Shown: positions 20,281 to 30,657 of the stretch, one piece after another
Numbering within the stretch: position 1 is the stretch's first letter
How the letters are laid out: each line of letters begins with the position of its first letter
The notes under the pieces: model-generated
Seen by the model: only the letters and a program-made list of their open reading frames with translations
Told to the model about the DNA's origin: nothing
Database searches by the model: none
NCBI GenBank assembly: GCA_029932755.1
Contig: JAOZPK010000004.1
Span: 1-33,888 of the forward strand
DNA: 33,888 bases
Reading direction: 5' to 3'
From: Candidatus Cloacimonadota bacterium
Lineage (GTDB): Bacteria; Cloacimonadota; Cloacimonadia; Cloacimonadales; TCS61
Position numbers and translations under genes: made by a program

Positions 20281-20307
20281 AAACAAAAGGCTGCTAATTG
20301 CAGCCTT
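20279..20307 (-). terminator. Terminator between convergent genes
   Basis: AAGGCTGC-taatt-GCAGCCTT (20287-20307), with a T-rich tail on the minus strand. Confidence 0.65.
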
Positions 20308-20338
20308 AAGTACATAAATTGTAGAAATACTTTTTCTA

Positions 20339-21061
20339 TTATTTAAAAAACCTTTTATAAATATTTTGAGAAATTTTGATTTTATCGTTAACACTCATTT
20401 CCCTCAATATACCATATCCAGCTTCATCAGCAGACATACACGATACTATCAAATTATCTTCAAATGAAAAATTCATTTCAATTAACATTAGATAATAATC
20501 CGTAAGAAGAGGGTCTACCCAACTTCCAGGAATAGTGAAAGTACGATCGGAAGGACTTAGATCGGCATAGTTATCATCCCATGTAGTATAATCTGTTGCC
20601 GTGGCATAAAATTCTTGGTATTCTGCATTGGAAGCTAAAGTCCATGATATGGTTGTTGGTTCTGTAATATTCCAATTAGTTGGCCAGCCAACTATAGGAA
20701 TATATGGTGTATTAATAGTAAGAGAATGATCAGTCCCATTGATCACCGCTTCAACTTGATATGTTTGTCCTTCATCCATATTAGTATATCCTGACCACAT
20801 ATCCATGTAGTTTGACATTACTACATCAATTCCGTTTACAGAGATTTCAACTGATGTTATTATATTATTGCCCATTGGAGTTATTGTAATTATATAATCA
20901 CTTCTTTGGTTACCCGTTGCTGAAACCAACATATAATAATCGTAATCCTCTGGATCAATTGATGGATCTGTTGTTCCTCCGTTTTCATCATCACTACAAC
21001 CAGTGATAAAACTCATCATACTAAATGCAAAAATTAAGAATAGAATTGTAAATTTTCTCAT
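20339..21061 (-). CDS. Hypothetical lipoprotein
   Basis: Signal peptide with lipobox ITG-C, acidic linker SDDENGG, beta-rich body and RBS GGAGGAG. Confidence 0.85.
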   Translation of the reverse strand: MRKFTILFLIFAFSMMSFITGCSDDENGGTTDPSIDPEDYDYYMLVSATGNQRSDYIITITPMGNNIITSVEISVNGIDVVMSNYMDMWSGYTNMDEGQTYQVEAVINGTDHSLTINTPYIPIVGWPTNWNITEPTTISWTLASNAEYQEFYATATDYTTWDDNYADLSPSDRTFTIPGSWVDPLLTDYYLMLIEMNFSFEDNLIVSCMSADEAGYGILREMSVNDKIKISQNIYKRFFK

Positions 21062-21138
21062 TTCTCCTCCCTTTAATTGAATATGATAAATTTTTGTTGT
21101 TTGTTAGTAATTTGTCAAATGAAATCTTAGCAATAGAT

Positions 21139-22404
21139 TTACTCAAAATAATAAATAGCTTTGATCGGATCTATTTTTGAAGCTTTGTAAGCAGGATATA
21201 TTCCAGAGGCAAATCCAATAAATAACGAAAAAGCGATTCCAAGTAGGATACCCTCCATTGGCACAGGAAAACTAAATTTTAGGGCTACAGTAATTACTTT
21301 AACCAGCAATGTTGATAGTAGAATTCCAACCAGCGCACCCATAAGAGAAAGCGTGATCGCTTCCAGAATAAAAAGAAGAAAGATATCACGATCTGTTGCA
21401 CCAATACTCTTTCTAATACCGATCTCTTTCATCCTCTCGTTTATCGAAATAAGCAGTGTACTAAATAATCCAATCCCGCCAACGATTAGAGAAATTGATG
21501 CTATAGCTGATAGAGTGATATTCCACTTTTTCATCATCTCATTTATCTCTTTTGTAATATTTAGCATTAATGCACCAATGTCATTAAAAGAAAAATCGTG
21601 TCCCATATTATGATTTGCCAATAGATTCTGACGAACAGAATTTTTCATATCAGAAAATTCACTCTCAGAATTTGCCTGAAGATAAATGTAATCTATTGCG
21701 TTATTGGTTTTTAGGTATTTTGCCCCAGTTGAAAGCGGGATATAAACAGCTTCAAGTTCACGCTTTCTTTGCCAGGTATTAAAATTCATTCCACTGCTAT
21801 TAAGTTTGTCGTTATCAAGAATACCAATGATCTTATAGCGATGATTCCCCACATTAATTTTTTTACCTAATGGATTTTTATTTTTAAAATATTCTTCTGC
21901 AAAATGATAACCAATAATACAAACCTTCAATGAGTTAAGGCTCTCAAATGAATTGAAGTATCTTCCGGTTTTTATCACATATGTTTTACTTAAAAAAAAT
22001 TCATTATTGGTAGCTTTAAGGTTTAAGTTTTCTTCTTTTTCATTATAAAGATACTTCTGCCAGCTTTCGATCTGACCATAAATATATTTTGAATTCACAT
22101 TTTTTTTGATGAGGAGATAATCTTCAAAGGTTAATGGCTTCGCTTCACGTTGAATACTTCTGAACCGATGCCTCATACTACTGGAAATGTTTTCCTCACC
22201 AGATGAGGGATAGATGATCAAAGAATTATTCCAACCCATTTCCTTCATACGTTCATTTATCAGTATCTTCATACCATATACTGTGGAAAACATGGTCACA
22301 ACGGCAAACACACCAATGATAATTCCAAGCAAAGTAAGGAGTGATCTCAATTTATGTGTAAATATGTTCTGGACACTACTACCTAAACTTTCAGAAAAAT
22401 GCAT
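21139..22404 (-). CDS. MacB/FtsX-family ABC transporter permease
   Basis: RSLLTLLGIIIGV, periplasmic core, SINERMKEIGIRKSIGA and GIYPAYKASKIDPIKAI. Confidence 0.92.
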   Translation of the reverse strand: MHFSESLGSSVQNIFTHKLRSLLTLLGIIIGVFAVVTMFSTVYGMKILINERMKEMGWNNSLIIYPSSGEENISSSMRHRFRSIQREAKPLTFEDYLLIKKNVNSKYIYGQIESWQKYLYNEKEENLNLKATNNEFFLSKTYVIKTGRYFNSFESLNSLKVCIIGYHFAEEYFKNKNPLGKKINVGNHRYKIIGILDNDKLNSSGMNFNTWQRKRELEAVYIPLSTGAKYLKTNNAIDYIYLQANSESEFSDMKNSVRQNLLANHNMGHDFSFNDIGALMLNITKEINEMMKKWNITLSAIASISLIVGGIGLFSTLLISINERMKEIGIRKSIGATDRDIFLLFILEAITLSLMGALVGILLSTLLVKVITVALKFSFPVPMEGILLGIAFSLFIGFASGIYPAYKASKIDPIKAIYYFE

Positions 22405-22415
22405 TTTATCTCGCC

Positions 22416-24632
22416 TTAATAAACTATATTCTTACATTTGGGACATTCTTTGAATTCACCTTTGTCTTTACTCTTTTTCTCTTCTAAGTAGTAATTCCCA
22501 CATTTAGGACAGGAAATTGCAACCGGTTTATTATTAGTTATAAATTTACACTCCGGGTAATTTGAGCAAGAATAGAAGAATTTACCTTTTTTATTCTTTT
22601 TCTCGGTGATCTGTCCATCTTTACATTCCGGGCATTTAATGCCAATAGTGTAAGGTTCTGTATATTTACATTTGGGAAAATTGGAACATGCTATAAATTT
22701 ACCGAATCTCCCCTCTTTCAAAAGAAGATCAGAACCACATTTGGGGCACTTTTTATCAAGAGTTTTTGGCTTTAAAATTTCAATCTTGCCATCTTCGCTT
22801 CTTGTGAAATTCTTGATATTTTTACATTCAGGAAAATTTGAACAAGCCAAGAACTGACCATTTCTTCCCCATTTTAAAACCATTGGATTTCCACATTTAT
22901 CACACTTAAGATCTGTTTCTTCCACCGCACTCTTTTTTGCTTCTTTATAATCCACTTCAGAAATTAAAACATTGAGCGATTCGTAGTATTGTTTAAGAAG
23001 ATTATGCCATTCAACTTCCCCATACATAACTCTATCGAGGCTGTCTTCCATTGCAGCAGTAAATTCCACATTAAAGAACTCATTGAAATTAGATACTAAA
23101 AGTTTATTAACAGTTAATCCCAATTCTGTAGGATGAAATCTTTTTGCTTGAAGGAATACGTATTTTCTCAATCTTATTGTATTGGTTATAGCTGCATAAG
23201 TAGATGGACGTCCGATTCCTTTTGACTCCAATTCTTTTATAAGAAGAGCTTCTGTATATCGTGCTGGTGGTTTTGTAAAACTTTGTTTTGAAGACGTTTC
23301 CTTCGATTTCAGAATATCATCTTTTGCATAACCGTTATCAATTTTCTCACCCAAAATAACTTTAGTATGTGGAAATACAACCAAGAATCCTTTATTCTCA
23401 ATGGAACTTCCATTTGCACTGAAGATCGCATTACCAATCTTGATTACAAGTTCTTTATTATTCATTTTAACCGGAACCATTTGCGTCGCAATAAATTTTT
23501 GCCAGATCATCGTGTATAAATTAATTTGATCTTTTGTAAGATATTGGCTTATACTTTCCGGCGTATTGAAACAATTAGTTGTCCTAATTGCCTCGTGAGC
23601 ATCTTGAGCAGAATTTTTGTTTTTAAAATATCGCTGTTTTGGATTTAAACTTTTCTCGCCAAATCGTTCTGAAATTAATTTTCGTGAATTATTCACAGCT
23701 TCCTTAGAAACTCTGAGTGAATCTGTACGCATGTATGTGATCAGACCAACAGAACCTTTGCCAAGTTCTATGCCTTCATAAAGCTGTTGTGCCACCATCA
23801 TTGTTTTCTTCGCAGAAAAATTTAATATTCTTGCTGCATCCTGTTGCAATGTGCTTGTGATGTACGGAGGCCCAGGGTTGATCGATCGTACAGATTCCTT
23901 AATAGATTCTATATGATACTCATTTTGCTTTATTGCATCCAGAAGAACTTTTGCTTCTGCTTCAGTTTTGAAATCTGGTTTCTTCCCCATCCATTTTTTC
24001 AAAGTTGTTTTGAATTCCGGCAAGCCACCTTTATATAATATTGCATACACGTTCCAAGATTCTATAGGCTCGAATTTATTAATAGCGTCTTCACGTTCAC
24101 ATATTATTCTAAGTGCAACTGATTGTACTCTTCCTGCACTGAGGTTTTTAGTAACTATTTTCCATAAAACAGGACTGACATTATATCCAACAATTCTATC
24201 AAGGATCCTTCTTGCCTGTTGTGAATTCACCTTCTCCTGATCGAGCTCGCCGGGATTATCCATAGCTTTTCTTATGGCATCTTTGGTAATTTCATTAAAG
24301 ATAATCCTGTGAACCTTTTTACCTTTGATCTCTTTCTTTAGAACCTGGGTTAGATGCCAGGCAATTGCTTCTCCTTCGCGGTCATGATCTGAAGCTAGAT
24401 AGATACTATCTGCATCTTGTGCAGCTATCTTTAGTTCTTTAATTAATTTCTTTTTAGAAGGATCAACAACATATTTGGCTTTAAAATTATCATTTGGGTC
24501 TACGCCGAAACTTCTTTTAGGAAGATCTCGAATATGACCATTTGATGCTTTAATTATGAATTTATTCTGCAAAAATTTACCAATTGTTTTTGCTTTAGCG
24601 GGTGACTCGACAATTATTAGATTTTTTCCCAT
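22416..24632 (-). CDS. topA: DNA topoisomerase I
   Basis: LIIVESPAKAKTI, DHDREGEAIAWH, SAGRVQS, catalytic LITYMRTDS and four C-terminal zinc ribbons. Confidence 0.98.
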   Translation of the reverse strand: MGKNLIIVESPAKAKTIGKFLQNKFIIKASNGHIRDLPKRSFGVDPNDNFKAKYVVDPSKKKLIKELKIAAQDADSIYLASDHDREGEAIAWHLTQVLKKEIKGKKVHRIIFNEITKDAIRKAMDNPGELDQEKVNSQQARRILDRIVGYNVSPVLWKIVTKNLSAGRVQSVALRIICEREDAINKFEPIESWNVYAILYKGGLPEFKTTLKKWMGKKPDFKTEAEAKVLLDAIKQNEYHIESIKESVRSINPGPPYITSTLQQDAARILNFSAKKTMMVAQQLYEGIELGKGSVGLITYMRTDSLRVSKEAVNNSRKLISERFGEKSLNPKQRYFKNKNSAQDAHEAIRTTNCFNTPESISQYLTKDQINLYTMIWQKFIATQMVPVKMNNKELVIKIGNAIFSANGSSIENKGFLVVFPHTKVILGEKIDNGYAKDDILKSKETSSKQSFTKPPARYTEALLIKELESKGIGRPSTYAAITNTIRLRKYVFLQAKRFHPTELGLTVNKLLVSNFNEFFNVEFTAAMEDSLDRVMYGEVEWHNLLKQYYESLNVLISEVDYKEAKKSAVEETDLKCDKCGNPMVLKWGRNGQFLACSNFPECKNIKNFTRSEDGKIEILKPKTLDKKCPKCGSDLLLKEGRFGKFIACSNFPKCKYTEPYTIGIKCPECKDGQITEKKNKKGKFFYSCSNYPECKFITNNKPVAISCPKCGNYYLEEKKSKDKGEFKECPKCKNIVY

Positions 24633-24633
24633 A

Positions 24634-25068
24634 TCAATTTATCTCTTCATCAAAATTTATTTCATTTTCCTGGATGAAGAATAAATCTAATAAATCTCTA
24701 ACGGAGACATCTTCAATCCCAGAAAAAATGATGTAGTTAACAATATTATCAATCATATCTCTAGTAATTTTCTTTTTTAGAAATCCATTCAATTGGATAG
24801 AGAGTACAATTACTTTTTCGAATATTTCTTTGTTTACAGATCCTAATTTAAGGAGATGGATCAGATATCCAAAAGCATCAGTTGTTATAACTCTACGTTC
24901 TTCTTCACCTAAGATTCTATTATAATTCTTAGGTTTCTGGCGTGTTATTACAGATTCCATCAGTTCATCCAATTCTTTTTCAGTTAGCCCAAGCTTTTTG
25001 AGTTTTTTACGAGCTGGTTTATCTGCCATTATCGTTTTTACAAACTCTTTAGTTCCTATTCTCGACAT
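24634..25068 (-). CDS. Smg/DUF494-like protein
   Basis: RILGEEERRVITTDAFGYLIHLLKLGSV...FEKVI resembles the Smg core motif, and the gene abuts topA as smg typically does. Confidence 0.6.
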   Translation of the reverse strand: MSRIGTKEFVKTIMADKPARKKLKKLGLTEKELDELMESVITRQKPKNYNRILGEEERRVITTDAFGYLIHLLKLGSVNKEIFEKVIVLSIQLNGFLKKKITRDMIDNIVNYIIFSGIEDVSVRDLLDLFFIQENEINFDEEIN

Positions 25069-25099
25069 TTTCCTTCCCTATTTATCTAATATTGTGCTA

Positions 25100-28000
25100 T
25101 TAAGTTATTTTACCACAACATTTTTTATATTTTTTTCCACTACCGCAAGGGCATGGATCATTTCTTCCTATTTTTTCTCCAACAGAACGAGGTTGAAGCT
25201 TTTGTTTTTTAGGTGCATTTGTAGTCACATTTGGTTTCGTTGACTGCGGAACATCAAATGCAGAGCTTGATTCATGACGCTGTTTTGCCATTTCCAAGAA
25301 ATCTTGTATCTTTTCTGGAGCAATAATATAAGTTGTAAAGACTTTTTTTGTAACACTCATATTTATATTTGAAACTAATGTCTGGAATAAATTGAATGAT
25401 TCCTTCTTATATTCAATTAATGGATCCTTCTGACCGTAAGCCCTCAGACCTATACCTTCTTTTAAAAGATCCATTTCATGCAGATGGTCACGCCAAAGTT
25501 CATCTACCACGCTTAACATAACACGTCTCTCTATCTCACGTAACTGCTCAGAACTAAGATCATTTTCTCTTTTCTGATATGCTTTGAGAACACTTTCGTA
25601 CAAATTATCTAGAAGAGTTTCATATCTCATCCCTTCTGAGACTATATTCTGCTCATATAAAACGACATTCAAGTTTGCTCTAATCCAATTTAATATCTCA
25701 GTTATGTTCCAATTCTCTGCATAATTCTCATCAGCAATAATACTATCAACCATATCAGCGATCGTATCTTTTATCATTTCAATGACTTCAAATTTAAGAT
25801 CATATCCTTTGAGCACATTACGTCGATAATTATAGATCACATTACGCTGTTGATTCATAACTTCATCATACTTTATTAACTGCTTTCTACTCTCGAAATT
25901 ATAAGATTCTACTCTCTTTTGAGCTTTACCAACTGCTTTTGTCATCCAAGGATGAACAATAGCTTCACCCTTTTGTAGTCCCATTCTAACCATCATTGGA
26001 CCAATTTTTTCTGAACCGAAAAGACGCATTAGATCATCTTCTAAAGAGAGATAGAAACGGGATGTCCCTGGATCACCCTGTCTTCCGCTACGACCACGAA
26101 GCTGTCTGTCGATCCTTCTACTTTCATGGCGTTCTGTTCCGATAACATGCAGTCCGTCTAAAGGTAAACCATATGGATTTTCTTCAGATGTTTTATTTGA
26201 TAAGCCCAAGTAACTGCTTTTTTCTTCAGTTACTACTGATACTCCAAGTTTAATATCTGTTCCTCTACCTGCCATATTTGTGGCAATGGTCACTGCACCT
26301 GGCTCTCCTGCAGATTTGATTATATCGGCTTCCTGCTCATGATATTTTGCATTGAGTACATTATGCTTGATCCCGCGTCTTCTAAGAAGTCTGGCTAAAG
26401 TTTCCGAAACCTCAACTGAAACAGTTCCTACCAAAACCGGTTTTTTATTCTCGTGCCAGTATTCGATCTCATCGAGAATTGCCTGATATTTTTCATTTTT
26501 TGTAATATATATTACATCGTTATGATCAATTCTTGAGATTGGAAGATTTGTAGGTATAACGCTTACCGGAAGTTTATAAATTTCCATGAATTCAGCTTCT
26601 TCTGTAATCGCAGTTCCCGTCATTCCGGCAAGTTTATCATACATACGAAAATAATTCTGTAGAGTGATAGTTGCAAAGGTTTGAGTTGCTTCTTCTATTT
26701 TCACATTTTCCTTTGCTTCTAGTGCTTGATGAAGTCCATCGCTGAATCTTCTACCCTGCATCATTCTTCCTGTAAATTTATCAACGATCATAACTTTATT
26801 ATCAACAACTACATAATCAACTTCTTTTTCAAAAAGTACGTAAGCCTTGAGTAACTGTTTAATATTATGCAGTTTTTCACTTTTATCCATAAACTTAAAT
26901 GTCTCTTCTTCCTTCTTCTTAGTTTTCTTTTGGAAGGAAAGGCTTTCATCAGCATCGATCTCATCGATTATTTCATCTAAAGTACGCATTATGAAAAGAT
27001 CTGTTTCTTTTTGTGAAACCAAGACATTTCCCTTTTCACTCAGCTCAACACTATTTTGCTTCTCATCTACAACAAAGAAAAGCTCTTCATCTATTACATG
27101 CATTTTCTTATCACGAAGATAATAACCCTCGAAATCCGTAACTAATTTTTTGAGTTCACCTTCTTTCATCATTTTAATGAACGATTTATTTTTAGGAGCC
27201 GCTCTTTGTACAAGAAGCAGTAATTTGCCAACTATATCCGCATCATAATCTTCATGTTTCAATTCATTCTTTATCTCTGAAATATAACGATTTACCAACA
27301 CAGACTGAGCATTGAATAATTGCAGAATTACAGGTCTTAATTCCTTAAAGAAGTTCTTACTTTCCTGAACTGGGCCGCTAATAATAAGCGGAGTTCTTGC
27401 CTCATCTATAAGAACACTATCAACTTCATCGACAATGGAATACTGTAATTTCCTTTGAACAAGACGATTTTCGGAAACTGCCATATTATCACGCAGATAA
27501 TCGAAACCGAACTCGCTGTTCGTTCCATAAGTTATATCACAATTGTATGCTTCCCTTTTTTCCTCGCTGTTCATTCCACCTATGTTACATCCAACTACTA
27601 GCCCGTGAAATTCAAAAATTGGACTCATCCACTCAGCATCACGCTGAGCCAGGTAGTCATTAACTGTGATAAGATGGACACCTCTGCCAAGCAAGGCATT
27701 TAGAAACAGCGGCATTGTAGCAACAAGTGTTTTACCTTCTCCAGTTGCCATTTCAGTTATCTTACCTTCATGAAGAACGATGGCTCCGATAAGCTGTACA
27801 TCAAATGGAATCATGAACCAAGTTTCTTTATCTCCACGAACTTCATACTCATATCCTACCAAACGACGACATGTATCCTTAATAATTGCGAAAACTTCCG
27901 GCAAATAATCATCGAGGACAGATTGAGTTTCTTCTTTTAGATTTTTTGTAAGACGGTCTATATTATTTCCCAAACCAATTTTCTTATTTTCATCAGGCTC

Positions 28001-28222
28001 GATCTGATAATTTCCACTTAACTCTTCAAGTTCACTTTCAAGTGGATTTAGAAGATCCTGAATATCTTGCTTTATTACCTGAATCCGATCTTTGATCTCT
28101 TCATCAGATTTGCTTACCAAAGTATCATAGATGATGTTTATCTCTGAGATCCGGGGTTGCATTTTGTTAGCTTCACGCTTATTCCGATCTCCAAATATCA
28201 TCTGTGTTATTTTATTTAACAT
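25100..28222 (-). CDS. secA: Preprotein translocase subunit SecA
   Basis: EMATGEGKTL, VTVNDYLA-like HLITVNDYLAQRD, DEVDSVLIDEARTPLIISG, ATNMAGRGTDI and SEC-C motif GRNDPCPCGSGKKYKKCC. Confidence 0.99.
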   Translation of the reverse strand: MLNKITQMIFGDRNKREANKMQPRISEINIIYDTLVSKSDEEIKDRIQVIKQDIQDLLNPLESELEELSGNYQIEPDENKKIGLGNNIDRLTKNLKEETQSVLDDYLPEVFAIIKDTCRRLVGYEYEVRGDKETWFMIPFDVQLIGAIVLHEGKITEMATGEGKTLVATMPLFLNALLGRGVHLITVNDYLAQRDAEWMSPIFEFHGLVVGCNIGGMNSEEKREAYNCDITYGTNSEFGFDYLRDNMAVSENRLVQRKLQYSIVDEVDSVLIDEARTPLIISGPVQESKNFFKELRPVILQLFNAQSVLVNRYISEIKNELKHEDYDADIVGKLLLLVQRAAPKNKSFIKMMKEGELKKLVTDFEGYYLRDKKMHVIDEELFFVVDEKQNSVELSEKGNVLVSQKETDLFIMRTLDEIIDEIDADESLSFQKKTKKKEEETFKFMDKSEKLHNIKQLLKAYVLFEKEVDYVVVDNKVMIVDKFTGRMMQGRRFSDGLHQALEAKENVKIEEATQTFATITLQNYFRMYDKLAGMTGTAITEEAEFMEIYKLPVSVIPTNLPISRIDHNDVIYITKNEKYQAILDEIEYWHENKKPVLVGTVSVEVSETLARLLRRRGIKHNVLNAKYHEQEADIIKSAGEPGAVTIATNMAGRGTDIKLGVSVVTEEKSSYLGLSNKTSEENPYGLPLDGLHVIGTERHESRRIDRQLRGRSGRQGDPGTSRFYLSLEDDLMRLFGSEKIGPMMVRMGLQKGEAIVHPWMTKAVGKAQKRVESYNFESRKQLIKYDEVMNQQRNVIYNYRRNVLKGYDLKFEVIEMIKDTIADMVDSIIADENYAENWNITEILNWIRANLNVVLYEQNIVSEGMRYETLLDNLYESVLKAYQKRENDLSSEQLREIERRVMLSVVDELWRDHLHEMDLLKEGIGLRAYGQKDPLIEYKKESFNLFQTLVSNINMSVTKKVFTTYIIAPEKIQDFLEMAKQRHESSSAFDVPQSTKPNVTTNAPKKQKLQPRSVGEKIGRNDPCPCGSGKKYKKCCGKIT

Positions 28223-28436
28223 TATTAATTTCCCTAATCTGAAATTTGAACAATCCTTTTTTTCAACGTTTGCTTGTCAAATTAATTAAGGTTTAAAACC
28301 TATTGGCATTAGTTTTTTTTCAATGTTTATAATATAAAGTTTTTACAAAAATTCAGATATTATTTATTTATTTATTTATTTCTTTACGTTTATATAAAAT
28401 GAAAAAAAGTTACGACATATTTTAATTGGAGGAAGT

Positions 28437-30335
28437 ATGAATATAGAAAAAGCCCAACTCTCAATTAAACAATTGAAAGAGATCCAAAAGCAGGCAAATG
28501 AAGCACGAGGGTCTATTATTAAAATGACATCATTAGCAAAGTCGGGACATCCCGGTGGCTCAATGTCTACTATTGATTTTATGTTAACTTTGTACAACAT
28601 GATAAACATAGATCCGCAAAATCCTAATATGGAAACACGAGATCGAGTTGTAATAAGTCACGGTCATATTTCTCCAGCAGCATATTCTACTCTTGCCTCC
28701 TGCGGGTTCTTCAATATTGATGATGCAATTTCTCAATTCAGGTTAGCTGGAAGCATTTATGAAGGTCACGTGGAACCGGGCGTTTCTGGAATTGAATGGG
28801 CAAGCGGGAACCTGGGTCAAGGGCTTTCCGCAGGTTGTGGTTTTGCTTTGGCAAATAAGCTAAAAAATATTGATAGTCACACTTTTGTACTGATGGGTGA
28901 TGGTGAACAGCAAAAAGGACAATTAGGCGAGGCACGCAGATTTGCTGTAAAATATAATCTGAATATCACAGGATTTATTGATTATAACCAATTGCAGATC
29001 AGTGGAGATATCAGTAAGGTAATGCCTCAATATATATTGGAGAATTATCTTTCTGATGGCTGGGATATAATTGAAATTGATGGTCATAACCTGATAGAGA
29101 TTAGAGATGCAATTTTGGATGCTGTGCAAAATGAAAAACCAACTGTGATAATTGGTCACACCATAATGGGAAAAGGTGTTTCATTTATGGAAAATAAAGA
29201 AAAATACCACGGCTCTCCCCTCTCAGAAGAACAACTCAGCAAAGCGTTGAAAGAAATTGGATTGGAAAATGATATTGAAAAATACAAAAAACTCAGAAGC
29301 GAATTCAACACTTCCAATTCCAATCATGACAACAACACTTCCAATTTAGATTTTGATATTGATCTTAGAGAACCAATAATATACAAAGATAAAACCGATA
29401 ACCGCTCTGCCTGGGGAAATGCAATTGCCGATATCGCTTCCAAATATAAGAAGGCCCCAATTGTTGTTTTCGATTGCGATCTGCAGGGAAGTGTGAAAAC
29501 CAAAGAGTTTGAGGCTGCTTTACCGGAGAATTTCATTCAGAGTGGGATAATGGAGCATAACACGGCCGTTGTTGCCGCAGCTATGTCTAAAGAGAGATTA
29601 CAGGTTTTCTTCCCTGATTTCGGTGTTTTCGGCGTTGATGAGACTTATAATCAACATAGATTAAGCGATATCAATAAAACCAACTTGAAAATAATAACTA
29701 CACATGTTGGATTAGATGTTGGTGAAGATGGTAAAACACACCAATGCATCGATTACTATGGAGTAATAAAAAATCTCTATAATTTTAAAACAATTATTCC
29801 TGCTGATCCAAATCAAACAGACAGGATAATCCGCTACATTACAGGAAAATACGGGAACTTCCTCATTCCAATGGGACGTTCTAAACTGGAACTTGTAAAG
29901 AATGAAAATAATGAAATATTCTTTGGAAAAGATTACAAATTTGAATATGGAAAGGCTGATCTGCTAAGAGATGGAAATTCTGCTGCGCTTTTTGTGATGG
30001 GAACCCTCACGGGAAGAGCACTGATAGTTGCAGAGAAATTAAAAGAGCAAGGAATATCACTTCAGGTTTGGAATGTTTCCTGTCCGAATGATCTGGATGA
30101 AGACGCTTTGAAAAAAGCTGCAGAAACCGGAACAGTTTTTACTTATGAAGATCATAATGTGAATACCGGTATTGGGAACAGCATCGCAGACAAAATGATG
30201 CAGATGGGATTAAACTGCAAATTCATAAAATTCGGTGTAGAAGATTATGCACTTTCCGGTAATAGTGATGATGTATTTAAACATTGTAAATTAGATGTAG
30301 ATTCAATTGTAAGAAGAATACAAGAAGCACTTTAG
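28437..30335 (+). CDS. tkt: Transketolase
   Basis: SGHPGGSMS, RDRVVISHGH, SGNLGQGLS, TPP motif GDGEQQKGQ, GEDGKTHQ and a C-terminal domain. Confidence 0.93.
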   Translation: MNIEKAQLSIKQLKEIQKQANEARGSIIKMTSLAKSGHPGGSMSTIDFMLTLYNMINIDPQNPNMETRDRVVISHGHISPAAYSTLASCGFFNIDDAISQFRLAGSIYEGHVEPGVSGIEWASGNLGQGLSAGCGFALANKLKNIDSHTFVLMGDGEQQKGQLGEARRFAVKYNLNITGFIDYNQLQISGDISKVMPQYILENYLSDGWDIIEIDGHNLIEIRDAILDAVQNEKPTVIIGHTIMGKGVSFMENKEKYHGSPLSEEQLSKALKEIGLENDIEKYKKLRSEFNTSNSNHDNNTSNLDFDIDLREPIIYKDKTDNRSAWGNAIADIASKYKKAPIVVFDCDLQGSVKTKEFEAALPENFIQSGIMEHNTAVVAAAMSKERLQVFFPDFGVFGVDETYNQHRLSDINKTNLKIITTHVGLDVGEDGKTHQCIDYYGVIKNLYNFKTIIPADPNQTDRIIRYITGKYGNFLIPMGRSKLELVKNENNEIFFGKDYKFEYGKADLLRDGNSAALFVMGTLTGRALIVAEKLKEQGISLQVWNVSCPNDLDEDALKKAAETGTVFTYEDHNVNTGIGNSIADKMMQMGLNCKFIKFGVEDYALSGNSDDVFKHCKLDVDSIVRRIQEAL

Positions 30336-30359
30336 GGATTAGGAATTAGGGATTAGGGA
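30332..30359 (+). repeat. Heptamer tandem repeat (TTAGGRA)x4
   Basis: TTAGGGA TTAGGAA TTAGGGA TTAGGGA, beginning across the tkt stop codon. Confidence 0.85.
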
Positions 30360-30657
30360 TTGGCTGTTAGCAAATAATTTAGAAATCAAGATATCGTCTC
30401 TCTTAGGAATCTTCTTGCTATTACTCTTAACGAAGAGTTAGGGAAAAAAGTAAATAAATATGTCTGTCTATCCTTCCTTAAAAGAACAACGTGAGAGACT
30501 CGTCAGGATGACGTTTTTAAATAAATGCTTGCCGCGACAAAGTTGTACAAACACTGAAATTTATTTCATCCGCTTAGCTCTCCTTAGAAGGGGAGAAAAA
30601 GAGGGGTTCATTTAAATTTAAAACAAAATTACGATTGTCAAGACTATCCTGAGCTGT

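Noticed and set aside
28303-28322. Second sigma54 promoter upstream of tkt (TTGGCAT...)
   Set aside because: No GC at the -12 position.
561-29536. Numerous 60-120 aa antisense or alternate-frame ORFs in the track
   Set aside because: All lie within or largely overlap well-supported genes and lack an RBS or motifs, so they are treated as shadows.
30460-30615. 51-codon plus-strand ORF in the gap after tkt
   Set aside because: No RBS, it runs through palindromic relics, and it has no recognisable protein features.
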